Part shown: positions 48,225 to 61,535 of the stretch, piece after piece | Position numbering within the stretch: the first letter of the stretch is position 1 | How the letters are laid out: every line of letters begins with the position of its first letter | DNA from: Lama guanicoe | Lineage: Eukaryota | Assembly: GCA_013239625.1 (NCBI GenBank) | Contig: MU053216.1 | Span: forward strand, 2,818,943-2,882,942 | Direction of reading: 5' to 3' | DNA length: 64,000 bases | Position numbers and translations under genes: made by a program | The notes under the pieces: model-generated | Seen by the model: only the letters and a program-made list of their open reading frames with translations | What the model was told of the DNA's origin: nothing | Database searches by the model: none

Positions 48225-50899
48225 TAAAAACTTGAAAATGAAGGAACATATTTTAAAAGAAGTACTTAACTTTTAAATCTAATTCTATCATCTCTTTCCA
48301 AAGAAGTAAGTCATCTCTTATCTCAGACTTCATACTTTGAAAAAAATCTTGATCAAACAATTCAATTTTCTTCCAACCTCCTACCCAAAGGAAACCTATC
48401 AATAGACTTTCTAAGTCATCAAATGACTTCCTCGCAAATTAAAGGAGTTAACATTTTTTTCCTAATTGCCTAATAGCTTCTAGTTAGTGTCAGAAAATAT
48501 GCGCTAGCCTCTTCTCCAGAAACACACACACACACCCCCACCAGCAAACACAATCGTCATCTGCTAAACACAGTGATTCATTAATGATTGTCTAAATGTC
48601 ATCTTGAAGACTGGGGAAGGTGAAGAATGAGGATTGTCAAGGTTTAAAAACAAATCTCATTTTGTGAGCACACAGCAGGTGAAGGAGGGAGGCCCCCACA
48701 GTGGGAGCAGGAGGGCCAGAGGCTTGAAAGGACACTGGGTGCAGGTGGGTGGGTGTGAGCGTGGGAAAAGCTGGCAGATGTCCAGTGTGAGTACCACCCC
48801 TCAGAGAGGCAGAACCATGCACAGGATTTTGGCGACTGAGGTGACAACACTAAGAGTTACTCATTTCCACACCTACTCTCAGATCTATCATGATTTGAAT
48901 TCTGAAAATAAGTGTTCATTTTTTGTGGTTTACTATGCAACCATTTAGCTCCTTCTTTGTAATTCTGACCCAAAGTGCTAGCTGTGGGTACCAGTTCAAC
49001 CATGTTATTTGCACAGAAGTCACTCCTTTGAAACCACTGCCATTAGGCTGAATTATATAAAATGGTGTCTTCTGTAGACCAACCAGGACCCAAGATTGTC
49101 AACTCTATGGCTCAGACTACAGACCACGTGTCACCTACTGGACATATGAAGATACCCTTGGTGGTCTTGTTGCTGCTTGCTACATGGACGGGAGGCTTTT
49201 GTTAATCTCACTTAATCGCCCTTAAGTATATCGCTGTTCACCAAAGGGCTCTAATGCTTCCATTGGGAGAGATGGCCTCCCCAGTTCTGAAAAGCGAAAA
49301 CACCGACCTTGGCCTTTTGGAGTCTGAAAGCTCTGTGACCCCCAAGTGTTTGCCTCCACCTCTAGGACCCTCAGTCTTAGCCTTCTCGGATCCTTCCCTT
49401 TGGTTCCCATAGACCTTTCTCACCTCATGTAACAAAATCTTTCATTTTTCTCCTGGAATACGTTTTAGCTGCCGCCATATTCCTCGCTTCCCTTTTAAAT
49501 CACCTTTCCCGACACAGCACCCACCCAATACCTTACCATCCACTCGCACCTCAACCTCGACCACTTGTCTTTCCTCCAAACCACGCAACTGGAATGATCA
49601 CACTTACTTGGTGTTTACTTGCCAAATGCAAGCAGGAGCCTTTTTTGTGAGGACTCAGCCCCCTTCCTTCCTTCTTTTAAACACTGTCTATTCTGAGTAG
49701 CTGTACGGCAGGCGTCTGGCAAAGTTCAAGCGCTTGGTGTGCTTGCGGCCCGCACCTCAGACGTCTCAATGCCTCTGTCTCCCCTGGGTGCTGCGCCTTC
49801 CCCTCTTCTGCGTCCAGCTGACTCCTACAGGGGCTTTAAACTCCAAGTCAGCTGGCTTCACTTTTTGCTACTGTGTCACTCTGTGTGTATGTTCGCATGA
49901 AACTTATCACACTGTGTTTTCATCTTTGATCTGAGTACTGGGGATGCATTCCCCCAGAGAGACACATGGTCAACTCTCACCATTTCTGCTCTTTGTCCAA
50001 GGTCTCCGTCTGCGAGGCCACCCTGATCCCTCTGACAGTCAATATTCCACATCTATGAGAGCGCATTTTAACTCCGACTTCTGCTTTTGGGGTTGGCTAT
50101 GAGCTAAACCCTTGAGTAACTGTGTAACATTCCCTCGCTCTCTCTGCAAACAAACGTGGTGCCAGCCCCCTGTGTTTATTTTTATGACCATATTTGCTCA
50201 TGCTAGGCACTGCCTACAGTGCCTGGGACGCAGCAACTACGTAGCCAAGCCTTAGGATTTAAAATCTATCAACCACTTGAATATCTCTGAACATTCTAGC
50301 TTTCACCGATACATTTTCCATACTTCTGTGGCTCGTTGTGAATTACCAGTTTGCATGTATGTGTCATGCTGTGGCCCACAGATAGAGGCGATGTGTTTTT
50401 AAAGCAGAGACCATGACTCTTTTTTTTTCAGTCATGCTCTCCCTGGTGTGGAGCCCAGAGCTTTGCGGCTAGTAAGGATTCAACACCACGGCTACCGTGA
50501 CCCAGAGACTGGATGAATGCCCGTCAGTAAAGCCGCCAAGCCAGAATCTTGGCTTCCCAGACTCATCTGGCCAAAGAAGCTGGCCTCTTCTACCACTAAT
50601 GGAATTATCCCCATGTGAGGCAAGCTCACCATTTTCCTTTGATCTTTGCGCATCAGGAAGCTTGTCAGATAAAATGTCCTAGCAGACTCAATCACGTGAA
50701 GTGACTCCCAACTATGGCGGCGAGCAGACGCGATCAGTACTCAAGAGCTATGCCCAAGCCCGTTCTCCCTGGTCTAGTCCACAAGAGAGGCTGGAAAGCT
50801 AAAATAGTTTATTTCTTCAAGACTCCTTCCCACCTCTTTTTGCAGTGGGTACCCCAGGATTTATTTCTGGCCAATTCATGTAAACAGAGTCTCGGGGGA

Positions 50900-51220
50900 A
50901 GTTTTCCATCTCTGAAAAAAAAAGCAAAAGCTCACTAGGAAAAGTCTCCTCCACTTTGCCCTTCCTTTCCTTCTTGCCTGGAATGCAGATGAAAACTGTG
51001 GATGCACAGCAGCCACCGAGAGACATGAGATGGCAAGCATGAGGACAAAAGCCTATCACACAGAATGGTAGAGGAGACCCAAGGAAAGAGGTTAGTTGCT
51101 TAAGCCATCCCTATGCCTCTGTGCTGTCTGTGGATTAAATCCTCCAGATCTCTAGTTGTATATATTTGAACCACTGGTATCTTTTGTTTGCTAGCTTGAT
51201 ACAAAGCTGACTGATACAAT
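50900..51220. mobile_element. MaLR LTR fragment (MLT1-like)
   Basis: cttcttgcctggaatgcagatg...cagcagccac...catgaggacaaaagcc...ctgactgataca. Confidence 0.6.
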
Positions 51221-53224
51221 AACCTGCAGGACCATTATTGAGCTCTTTGCAGATATCTGTATTCAAGCGAGATATAGTTAACTTCTCAAGACAAATGAAA
51301 ATGAATCTACTCTTTTATAATGTATATTGATGGTGGGCGTATTCATAATCTACCTTGAAAATACTGTTATGTTACGATGACTTTGCTCTTGGAATATTTT
51401 ATGCCCTTGACCCTTGTGTCTGGTCTAAATAAAATCTGTCCGCATCCTCTCTGTCACAGCCTCTGCACAGTCAAAGGCTGTTCTTACTCCATCTTTTAAA
51501 ATCAGCGCGCGCTCCTGTGCGTGGGCCCTGCAGGGCCGGCCCTCCCGCGGCTTCGCTGACTCGGCTTCCTCCTGGCTCCCCCACCCTTGCACAGAACTTG
51601 ACTTCTTTGGCGCATTTTGATGTCAACTCATGTCCATCAAAATGATAATAAGTAGCAAAACATAGTCCCCTACAGAATATGATATTCAAATGGTTATTAA
51701 ACTGCTACAAAAGGCAGCAGGAATGATCCAAAGCTGCCCCCACCCCTTGTACTGGCTCCAAACCCATTCAGATTCAAGCTAACTCTCCAAATTGGAAGAC
51801 CTGGATTTTTCAGGCCTTAACAGGATAAGAGAGCGTTTTCCTTCCTCTTCTCATCTGCGTGGATACGAGTCTATCACGAAGCCAAAAGGAAAGCGCCCTG
51901 CCAGCCCTTTTCCTGGTGTTGGAATTCGCAGGGGCCAGAGGGAGGGGCCCAGGGCAGTGGGAAGACAAGTCCTCGACTGGCCACCTGGCAACCCCCGGGG
52001 CCGTAAGCAGCCGCCCGTGGGAGACGCGGCCTTCTTTCCCGGCAGCCGGCACCAGGGCTTCACACGCTGGCGGGAGTCGCCCTCGGAGGCCGAGATGGAA
52101 GCCGCTCTTGGCATGTATCTAAGCTGGCATTTTCCAGGTTTCCAAAGTGCATTCGTTCACCCAGTCTCACTAAGGGTCACTCTACTTGACTTTGTTTCCA
52201 AGTAACATGACTATTAAAAATTATTAGTTGATTTAAAAAAAAGAAAGAAAGAAAAGACCACCACGCTTCTCTACAGGGATACACCTTCTACACTGGGCCC
52301 CGATGAGGTAGTTCTAAGGGCACAGGAAAATTGCGTGTCCTCGGACACCTGTTCTCGGACAGGTGGGGCCCGGGCTTTTCTGTACACATGGCATCTTTGC
52401 ATTGTTTTCTTGCCAACCAAATAATCTACATTGCTGTTAAAACGCTTCACAACTGCAGCAGAATACACAGCCATTTTGAACCAATCATTCCCCATTGGTG
52501 TGCAGTTCCCTTTCAAATGTGGGAAGATGAGCTGTTCCGCATTTCTCATAGCCAGCTGCAGACACTGGGGGAAACAGAACGAAAACCCACGTTCCCGCCT
52601 CAATTATCCACAGTCCCATCTTCTTAGAGCAGCTAAACTTCCATGGATATACATGTAAAACCTAGAGTCGTACTGCCTTAAATTACATCACGGCCCTTCC
52701 TGCTCAGCCCCACGTGTTCTTGCTATTTGATGTTCTGCTCCTTAGAAGACCAAAGGCGTGGGGGTGGGGAGAGACGGATAGCCTGAAGCATCAGAAGCAT
52801 TTATTGCTGTGATGAACTCGTTTGTGTTCTGCTCTGTCGACAGGCAGGTAACCTGACATCAGGCATAAAGGAATGCTTATTAAAAGGATACTAGCCTAGC
52901 AATGATGATGGTGATTACTAATGTACAGTCAGTACTCTCTCTGTGTCAGCCATCTCGTCCTGAGTACCTGTGAAGGAGGCCGTTCACAGATGAGGAAACT
53001 GAGGCACACAGAGGTGAAGCAACTCTCCTAAAAAATACAGGACGGGGCGGAGCTGTGATTTAAATTGAGGAAGTCTAGGTATTAAAGTCCGCATCTAGCC
53101 AACCACAAAACTACTCTGTGGCCGATGCGACCCCGCAAGGCCCCAGGTCAGCCCTGGATTCGGAGGGAGGCTGCGTACCTCCAGTAGCCTGGTCAGGGCA
53201 TCAGTCATCGGATCGACTTCTGTC

Positions 53225-53422
53225 TTTTTTCAAATTGAAGTCTAGTGGATTTACAACGTTGTGTTAACTTCGGGTGTACAGCACAGTGGTCCAACTATAC
53301 ATACATATATTCATTTCCATGTTCTTTTTCACTATGGGTTATTATAAGATGTTGAATACAGTCCCCCTGCTGTACAGTAGGACCTTGCTGTTTATCTCTG
53401 TTGTATGTAGTAGTGTGTGTCT
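53225..53422 (-). mobile_element. LINE-1 3' end fragment
   Basis: aattgaagtctagtggatttacaacgttgtgtt...tacagtaggaccttg. Confidence 0.85.
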
Positions 53423-55181
53423 GGACCAGCCTCTGACTGAAGCCTCTTTCAACTGTTTCCAGAAGCTTGCAGTGTCTCCACTTATTCAGACCCAGGATAT
53501 TTTTCTTCTACTTCCACAGACCCGCCTGTGCCCCTTTATACTTCACAAGAAGTTTCAGCTTATTTCATTCGATAAAGGAACCTTACAGCTTAAGGTGCTC
53601 CTCAGAATGCTATTTTTTCAAGAAAAAGTTGAAGACCACTATTATTCAAATTGTTACCACTACCAGCTTGGTTTGGTTCCATTAAAGGACTGAGAAGAAT
53701 GAAATTCAGCAAGGGGTTAAGGGGAGCAGGTGTACCCAGCAGGGCTCAAGTCTAAGGAATTCAGAAGTACACAGAGGATGTGGTGATCAGTCCAGCCCTG
53801 CCTGCCGAGCCATTGTGCTGGGCGGGTGTGTCCGTTCTGCGGCAGCGTGATCACAGACTCAGGAGTGCGGGGCATCTCCTAGGCGCAGGGACCAGGGGGG
53901 CAGGACACAGATGCTCCATTTCTCCCGTGGCCCGTGCCCTGGCTGGGGACCGTGGCAGTTCAGCCCCTCCCCCCACATCTGTACAGGGGACACAGCAACT
54001 GCACAAAGGGAATGGTGAGTCTGGAGCAAGGGCTTGAAATGAAGTCCTAGGAGCTAAAGGAGGACCCATAACTTTCCTAATTGCTATGAAAACAGAGGCA
54101 GGCGTGTTAAAACAACAGACACATAACTGCCAAGCAGCTTAGAACACCTGCAGTGTCTGCAAGGCTGTCCTAGAAAAAGGAGAGTGTGACATGGTTGGGG
54201 TGTGGGAAGTCACTGGGTGGATTTACAGCTGACAAAAAGCAGGGGTCTCCCGAATAAGGAGAGGATGAATTTCAGAATTTTCAGTCTTCATAATTACTCT
54301 TCCCTTTCTTCTCTCTCTCTTCCCATCCTCTTCTGTGCCTCCCGTCGCTTCCAAGTCAACCACTCCTACCACGACATCCCAGTCTAAAACATATATTGAT
54401 ATGTGTGTTGATTCAAATACAGGCTTACATTTGCATTTTTATATGTTTATCTAAACACGCAGCTCCCAGAAAACCCCAAGTCAGAATGACTCTGGTGTGG
54501 GATCAGATCTTGGCTCTGCCTCCTATTGGCTCTGTAACCTCAAACAACTCCCCTAACTTCTCTATGCCTCCCACTCTTATCTATAAAATGGGGTTAATAA
54601 ATGTGGGTACCTCATAGGATTATTGTAAGAATTAGTGAGTGGATGCAAATACGCATGAAATACGGCGTCCAGCACATTTCGAGTGCTGAATAGCGTCAGC
54701 AGTTTTCATGATTATTCTGATGAATGTTACTATTAAAATAACCAGTGCTGCAGGGAAGAAAGGCCACCTGCGCGTGGCTGGGTGGGCTCTGAGTTCCCCG
54801 GGGCTGCACATGAGCAGCTGGCCTGCGACGTTGGATGTGGTGGTTTCTCGGTAGCCGTCCTTTGGAAGATGTATATTTGCTGAGTCAAAGTACGAAGTCC
54901 CTGAGGAGCTGGGTCCAGCCCAGGATAAATAACACACGTTAAGAGCAGAATTGAAATCCAGGAGTGTCCAGAAAAGACAAACTCGAGGGCAGAAGGGTGG
55001 GGAGGGTGTAAGACAGTACGCCAAGCATAGGAACTTAAGAAAATGCAGGACATTGTTCCCTAAGATTAAATAGTGTAGGTGGGGATACAAGAAATGCATT
55101 CAAATAGTTGAAATACCATTCTGTGGAAGAAGGTATTTTATGCTGATGTGAAGGAAAGAATTGTACCCAGTTGACTTAAGC

Positions 55182-55308
55182 CAGTGGTCATTAAAGTGTG
55201 TCCTGGAGGCCCAAGGGAGTCCCAAGAGCCTTCCGAAATGTCTTCAATAGCACAGGGAGCTAAGTTTAATACTTTGTAATAGCCTATATTGAAAAAGAAT
55301 ATGAAAAG

Positions 55309-55346
<38 letters not shown>

Positions 55347-55900
55347 ATGACTGAATCTCTAGGCTGTATGCCAGAAATTAGCACAGCACAGTAAACCAAC
55401 TGTACTTCACTAATTTAAAACAGTGTCTTGAGGTCTAAACTGTTTTCATAATACCAAGGTATTTTTGCTCCTCTTCTCTTTCATTAGTAGAAGATGGGTA
55501 TCCCAGATGCTATACTGTATCCACTACCACAACAGTTGAAATGGAAAAGCACACACAAGGATCGAGCTGTCTTCCACTAAGATGGACGTCATGGACACTT
55601 GTAAAAACGTCAAACAGTGCCACCATTCTTACTAAACCTTTCTTTTATAATATGTGGTCATTTTTCATGAAAAATGCCATTTATATTAATATAGATTGGG
55701 TTTATTCTTACTATTAAATTAATAATAAAGAAAAACTACAAAGTCTCACTCTTTATTTTCATTATGGTAAATTGAGATCTTAACCCACAGAAGGAACAGC
55801 TCTTTAGGGTCCATGATGAGGAAGAAGGGAGTTAATTTTAAGGAATGTTTAAGAGGGAGGACTGAGACTAAAAGGTGTGACAAGACTTGGAAACCACAGC
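55182..55900. mobile_element. hAT-Charlie-like DNA transposon relic with a nested L1 3' fragment (about 55246-55420)
   Basis: Begins cagtggtcattaaagtgtg, ends ttggaaaccacag, with internal cagctgtcttccactaag. The nested plus-strand L1 tail contains a (CA)n repeat. Confidence 0.6.
55311..55344. repeat. (CA)n microsatellite
   Basis: Seen directly. A (GT)n tract also lies at about 58333-58368. Confidence 0.97.
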
Positions 55901-57056
55901 TTTTTAATAATTGGGGCTGTTCACCACTCGACAAGGCTTTCCTTTTAAAACAGTAGTCTTAGAAAATATTCAGTCAGGGAGGGTGCTGGCCAGAGGGGCG
56001 AGGGCGCTGCCCTTGGTGGCCTCTGAGATGTCCCTCAGCTCAGATGCTGCAGTGCCCTGGCGAGAGAAAATGAAAAGGGAGGCTATGGGGAACACGGCTG
56101 TCACGAAGCTGCTGGGAGAGCCAGCAGATAGCACGCGGCTATGGGTGGGCGTGTGAAGGTGAAGCCAAATGAAGCGTCCCAGAGCCAGGGACGATGTTTT
56201 TTTGCTTGTTTGTTTTGGCCAATGCACTTTGGATCGCTGTGCGGCAGGTTCCTGAGAAGGCTCTCGTGAGCCTCTGGGCTCACTGCCAAAGTCACCTGCG
56301 TTCCCTAAGGGACCTGGTCCTGCGTGGATGGAGACTGGTTTCCTTGATGGCTGCACAAGTCTGCCCTGAACGTTCCAGCAACTACTTGTTAAGAATTTTT
56401 CAAAGAGGAAAATTGATCCAAACACATATGGTTTCTCCTCTAGACTAAGTCGCAGCTGATGACCTGGGTCCTGGTTCTAACATTTGAATCAGCTGCAAAA
56501 ATACATATACGTATATTTCTGTCCTCTTCCATGCAACTTTATATCAAAATTTAGACACAGCTGCACCAAAGACACATGTGCAAACCACATGAATGCAGTT
56601 CCCAGGAAGGAAATGCAAATCATGATAAGCAAATAAAAAAAAACACAATAAAAATCAAACCCAATGCAAAATAGACATTTTAAGGAATACCAGTTGCACC
56701 TATAAAATTAACACGTTTGAAAATGACACAAATAAACTCTGGCAAACGTCTGTGAAAGGAAACATGTACACGTTGCCAGGAGGAGCCTGGGGTAGAAAGT
56801 CTGCCTGAAAAGCAAAGTTGCTAATATGCTTGAAGAGACTGAACACCTCCCTGGCCCTTGACACAGAAATTCCAGGTCGCGAACTTTGTCTTGAAGAACT
56901 GATCGTATACTTATGGACAAGGGTTTCTGCATAATTATATGCATGTTAAAGAAAAGCTGCCCAAATGTTCTCCTTTGACAGCAAATTAATAAACTAGTTC
57001 CACAGGAAAAATTAAATGAAAAAATCCTTCAGGACCAAATGGGCTTGGTCATCAGG

Positions 57057-57351
57057 TACCCACTGCCCGTGTGCATCCTCAGACAGCACCTGTCTGATCT
57101 CAGAGTAAGCATGGGGTGCCTCTGCGCCTCCACCGCGCAGCACACAGGAAGCCTCTGTGGGGGGAGGCCACCCATCTCCCGTCACTGCTGTGTCTTCTGT
57201 CCCATACCCACTGCCCGTGTGCATCCTCAGACAGCACCTGTCTGGTCTCAGAGTAAGCATGGGGTGCCTCTGCGCCTCCACCGTGCAGCACACAGGAAGC
57301 CTCTGTGGGGGGAGGCCACCCATCTCCCGTCACTGCTGTGTCTTCTGTCCC
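57057..57351. repeat. Two-copy tandem duplication, period 148 bp
   Basis: tacccactgcccgtgtgcatcc...tcttctgtccc starts at 57057 and 57205; two mismatches seen. Confidence 0.95.
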
Positions 57352-57549
57352 CTGACATGGAGTGACATGTACATTTGTTGAGGATTTGTAGGAAATGTGA
57401 GCAAATGATGGCTCTGATATAGTACGTATCTCGTGATGACAGACGAGACAAGAAAGCAGAGGTCAAAGTATGAGGACACTGGTACTTCCTTCTCAGAGAT
57501 GGAGGACTTGTGTGGACCAGCCGTAGGCCCAGAGGTCTGTACTGGTCCA

Positions 57550-57864
57550 CCTTTTTTTCCAATTGAAGTGCATTTGGTTTACAATGTTGTGCTAATTTCT
57601 GGTGTACGGAATAGTGATTCAACTACACATAAGTATATATATATTTTTCATATTCTTCTGTATTACAGGTTATGTTCATAGCAGCACTATTTACAATGGC
57701 CAAGAAATGAAAGTAACCTGAATGTCCATCGACAGATGACTGGATAAAGAAGATGTGGTATATCTATACAATGGAAAACTACTCAGCCATAAAAAATGAA
57801 ATAATGCCATTTGCAGCAGCATGGATGGACTTAGAGAGATCACGCTAAGTGAAGTCAGTTGTCC
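57550..57864. mobile_element. Second 5'-inverted LINE-1 3' end with TSD
   Basis: 57551-57673 is a minus-strand L1 tail; 57674-57858 is a plus-strand L1 segment. TSD actggtcca at 57541-57549 and 57865-57873. Confidence 0.85.
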
Positions 57865-58824
57865 ACTGGTCCATATTAATCTGCCTCTGAGTTTCTAACC
57901 TTAAGAAAATACAATCTCACCTCTCCAAATGTGTATATTTTACTTGAAATAACTTGGTCCTTTATTTTCAGTTCACCATTAAGACTTGTAAAAAAATGTT
58001 ATGTTGTCAGCTCTTGTCTGGGAAGAATATCATTGTTCTCACTTATCACTGTGAAGGCAGAACACTCTCTACCAGGGCAGAAATTTCCCTGTAAGGTAGG
58101 ACCACATTGGTTCTTTGACTCGAACTTCTCAAATGGTTAGAGTGAAAAAAACACTTTTCCTTTGAGAGACTTTTATTCCAAAGGGAAGAGAGAGCTGGGT
58201 TTCTTTTCTGATTAGTATGAAAAACTTTCAGACAACTGTGCCGCGGTCTCTAACATCTCTGCAGGGGGCCTGAATTATCACAACTTTCTAGAAGCTTGCA
58301 TCAGGGCAGAAGGGCAATCCCACAGTCTGGCCGTGTGTGTGTGTGTGTGTGTGTGCTTGTGTATGTGTGAGATGGATATGTTTTATTTAGCATCCCCAGG
58401 TAACAGATAGTAAAGTGTTAAAGCATTGTTTTTTGGGGGCGGGCGGGTGGAGGGTGGTGAGAGGGACAGGAAAGGGTGGAAGAAGCACAGAAAACTCGCT
58501 ACTTTAATCTGTAAGAGATAAAGCCAGGATATGAACCACTTCGTGTGGAAGAAATATTTTTCTCATATACTGGGGATTGGTCAGTCACGGTAAACATTCC
58601 GGGGTCTGCACATCATTCTGTCTTGGGGATGTAAGGCGTCCATGTATTGTGGTTTTTTTCATGGGTACAGTTATTCAAAGTACACACTGCCATATTTCAT
58701 CCCCTCCTGATATAAGAAAATAACAGAATAAGATAATACACAAGCTCAGTAGTCGCCGTGTTCCTATCAGGATATCAGTCCTCAGTGTCAGTGTCTCTAC
58801 ACAAAACAGTCTGAAATGTTCACA

Positions 58825-58960
58825 GGGGAGGGTCCAGGTCAGTGGTAGAGCATGTACTCAGCACGCACGAGGTCCTGGGTTCAATCCCCAGCACCTCCAT
58901 TAAGTAATAAATAGATAAACCTAACTATCTTGCCACAAAAGAAAAAAATAGAAAGAAAAT
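58825..58960 (+). mobile_element. Vic-1-like SINE
   Basis: tcagtggtagagcatg...gaggtcctgggttcaatccccagcacctcca with A-rich tail. Confidence 0.87.
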
Positions 58961-61309
58961 AAAATATTCCCATGATAACAAGTTACCTCGAAGAGTTGTA
59001 AGGGTTCATGAGTTCATTCATTTGCTGCGATTTCGACAAATGTATGTTTGAAAGCAGTTCTCTAATGCTGGGCACTGAGGATACAGGTAAGGAGAAGTCC
59101 CTCCTTAGGGGACCTACAGTATTGAAGGGAGAAGGTAAAAAGTAGGTGAGGAGAGGCACTGAAGTGAGACAGGGGTCAGAAGGACGGGCCCCGGCACGTG
59201 GGGTGGCTGAAATCCACATGCTTATCAACCTCTTCCCTAAAAGTGAGAAAACTGGGCTTCCCCACAGGCTGGTTACCTGGATACAGTTTAGTGTAACGCA
59301 TTCATCAAGTATCTAAACATAATAAGACTATTTCTGGATAATTGTGGAAGAGATGCTACCAATGCATATTTTTATGGAGCACGGAGGGAGCCAGTGGCAA
59401 CAAGAGACCGACCAGAACGCGTTCCGGATGAGGGCAGGGAGGTGACAGCGTGCAATACTGAAGGGGTGGAGGGTGACCAAGGCCCTGCCACGGACAGGCA
59501 GAGCTGAAACGGGCATGTAGCAAGAACGGACTTTCCTCTCAGACTTCTGGTATTTCCATTTGACTGGAGATTGGAAAAAAAAAAAAAAACACAGAGCAAA
59601 AGTTTTCTCACAATGTTTTGCAACTTCTGCTTCCGGACTCAGTCAGAACCCGGAAGTAGCAAGACAGTTGAAAACGAAAACATTGCTTATTTTTCTTAAA
59701 TGACAATTGATTTTTTTAACCCACAAAACTGGGTATACGTCATTCAGATATGTTTGGGATTGGGGGTAAATATCTATAGTGAATCTATTTTTATTTTTTT
59801 TATTTTAATTTTTTAAATTTTAACCTAGGGAGAAATAAAATCTCGCTTGTTTGACTCCAACCTAAACAGAAAATAGTACAACTTATAAAAGTTGAATTTC
59901 TTTAATGGAAAAAAAATGAGACAACTGAGGAACCAGCAGTCTGTGAGAATATTCAGTATCAGGAAAAGTTTCTTCCTCCATTAGTAGACTTGGAAAAACT
60001 TAATTTTCTGGAAAACTGATTGTCAACACTATGATGAGGAATACAATCCACGTAATTTTTCTCTGTTCTAATAACCAAATGTTTTGGTTATCAGCCCAAA
60101 CTTTGCTTCCCTGGAAAAAGAGAGATCAAAATCTTGATTCTGGATATTCATATAGCTGTATACAGTAGGTGCAAAACGATCTCAATGCCAACATAGGCTG
60201 CATTTAAAATGCTCTATAAACAGAAGACACAATTTAAACAAAATTGGTTTTCCCCCTCTAATTGCATCTCCTTGTTTTGTGCATTTTGCTGTTCCTTCTC
60301 GACAGAAGTCTGCCTACTTAAACAATTTTTAGTCACAGGATGTGGCTGCCTCAATTTTTATCTCCATCTGGCACAGCATCACCAATCCATCCGAGCTCTC
60401 AGCTCCTACTTCACAGCACCTAAACTTTCCCTGTGAACCTGCCCCCCCTACCGCCACGATGCGCATTTCTTGCAAAACAGTTGGTATAAGTCAGGAAACT
60501 TGGCGGCAATGAATGGCCAACAAAGTGACCCCGGGGAGTGCAGTGGTGGGGTGGGGGGGCCCTCAGACGAGCACCCGGTGCTGAACAAGGGTCCGATGCC
60601 CCTTAGCAGTGACTGCACATGCGCTGCTCTGAATCAGATGCTCATGTTGTTCTGGCAGGTGTCTGGATTCGGGGGGGTGGGGGGTGGGATGAGGATGGAG
60701 GAGGCAAAGAAAGGGAAGCAACCATATCCTTCCATTAAAAACCTGAGGATAAGAGGTATCTCCTTCTTCCCTGCGCAAAAGATGAAACTCCGTCTGTGAC
60801 CCTTTTCCCTGTGAAACACTTAATGTTTGTTCTCACAGATCTTACCAGAAACGACTGCCCTACGTGGTCTAAGTGATTTTAGGAAGGAACCTGGCTGGTG
60901 GACATCTATGACTGAGCGTGGGTCCCTATTAATCTATGAAATAATGACCGACTTGTTGTGCCCTTTGGACACCTGGTAAAAGCACAGATAATTTTTACAT
61001 GAAAAGAACATTATGCCACGTCTGCTGAAGAAACTTTTGCATTGTTCGTTAAGCCTTCTTAAACCTTTCCAATACCTCAGATCTCATTGCTATGATAAGA
61101 TTCTCACCTGTGAGTATTTCTGAATATTTTAAGTTGCTAAAAAATATATGTCCCTTTTGGTCACTGTAAACTGTACCCAGCAAACTTCCTGGTGAATAAC
61201 GCTCTATGAGTCTTTCCTGGTGAAGCAGCATCCAAGAATTAGCCACATGTCCAGAATTGCACAACGTCAGTGCTGGGTGAGTCCCAAAGAGATGATTTCA
61301 ACTAAACCG

Positions 61310-61535
61310 CAACTTCTCAAGGAAGGTGGTGAGAACTGGCAATTTTGCCCTCAAGGGACATTTGGCAGTGCCGAAAGGCATTTTAAGTTGTCATGAACTG
61401 GCCAGGGAGGAGGGGTGGGGAAGGGGCATGACTGCGTCTGGTTTGTGAACGCCAAGGGTGCTACTAAACATTGTGCAGGGCACAGGACCACCCAGTTCTC
61501 CCGCCCCAAACCTCAATCATGCCCAGGCTGAGGAA
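61310..61535. mobile_element. MER20-like hAT MITE
   Basis: caattttgccctcaagggacatttggcagtg...ccaagggtgctactaaacattgtgcagggcacaggac...ccccaaa. Confidence 0.75.

Noticed and set aside
57057..57351. Repeat as CRISPR-like array or coding repeat
   Set aside because: Only two contiguous copies, no spacers, period not a multiple of 3, mammalian context.
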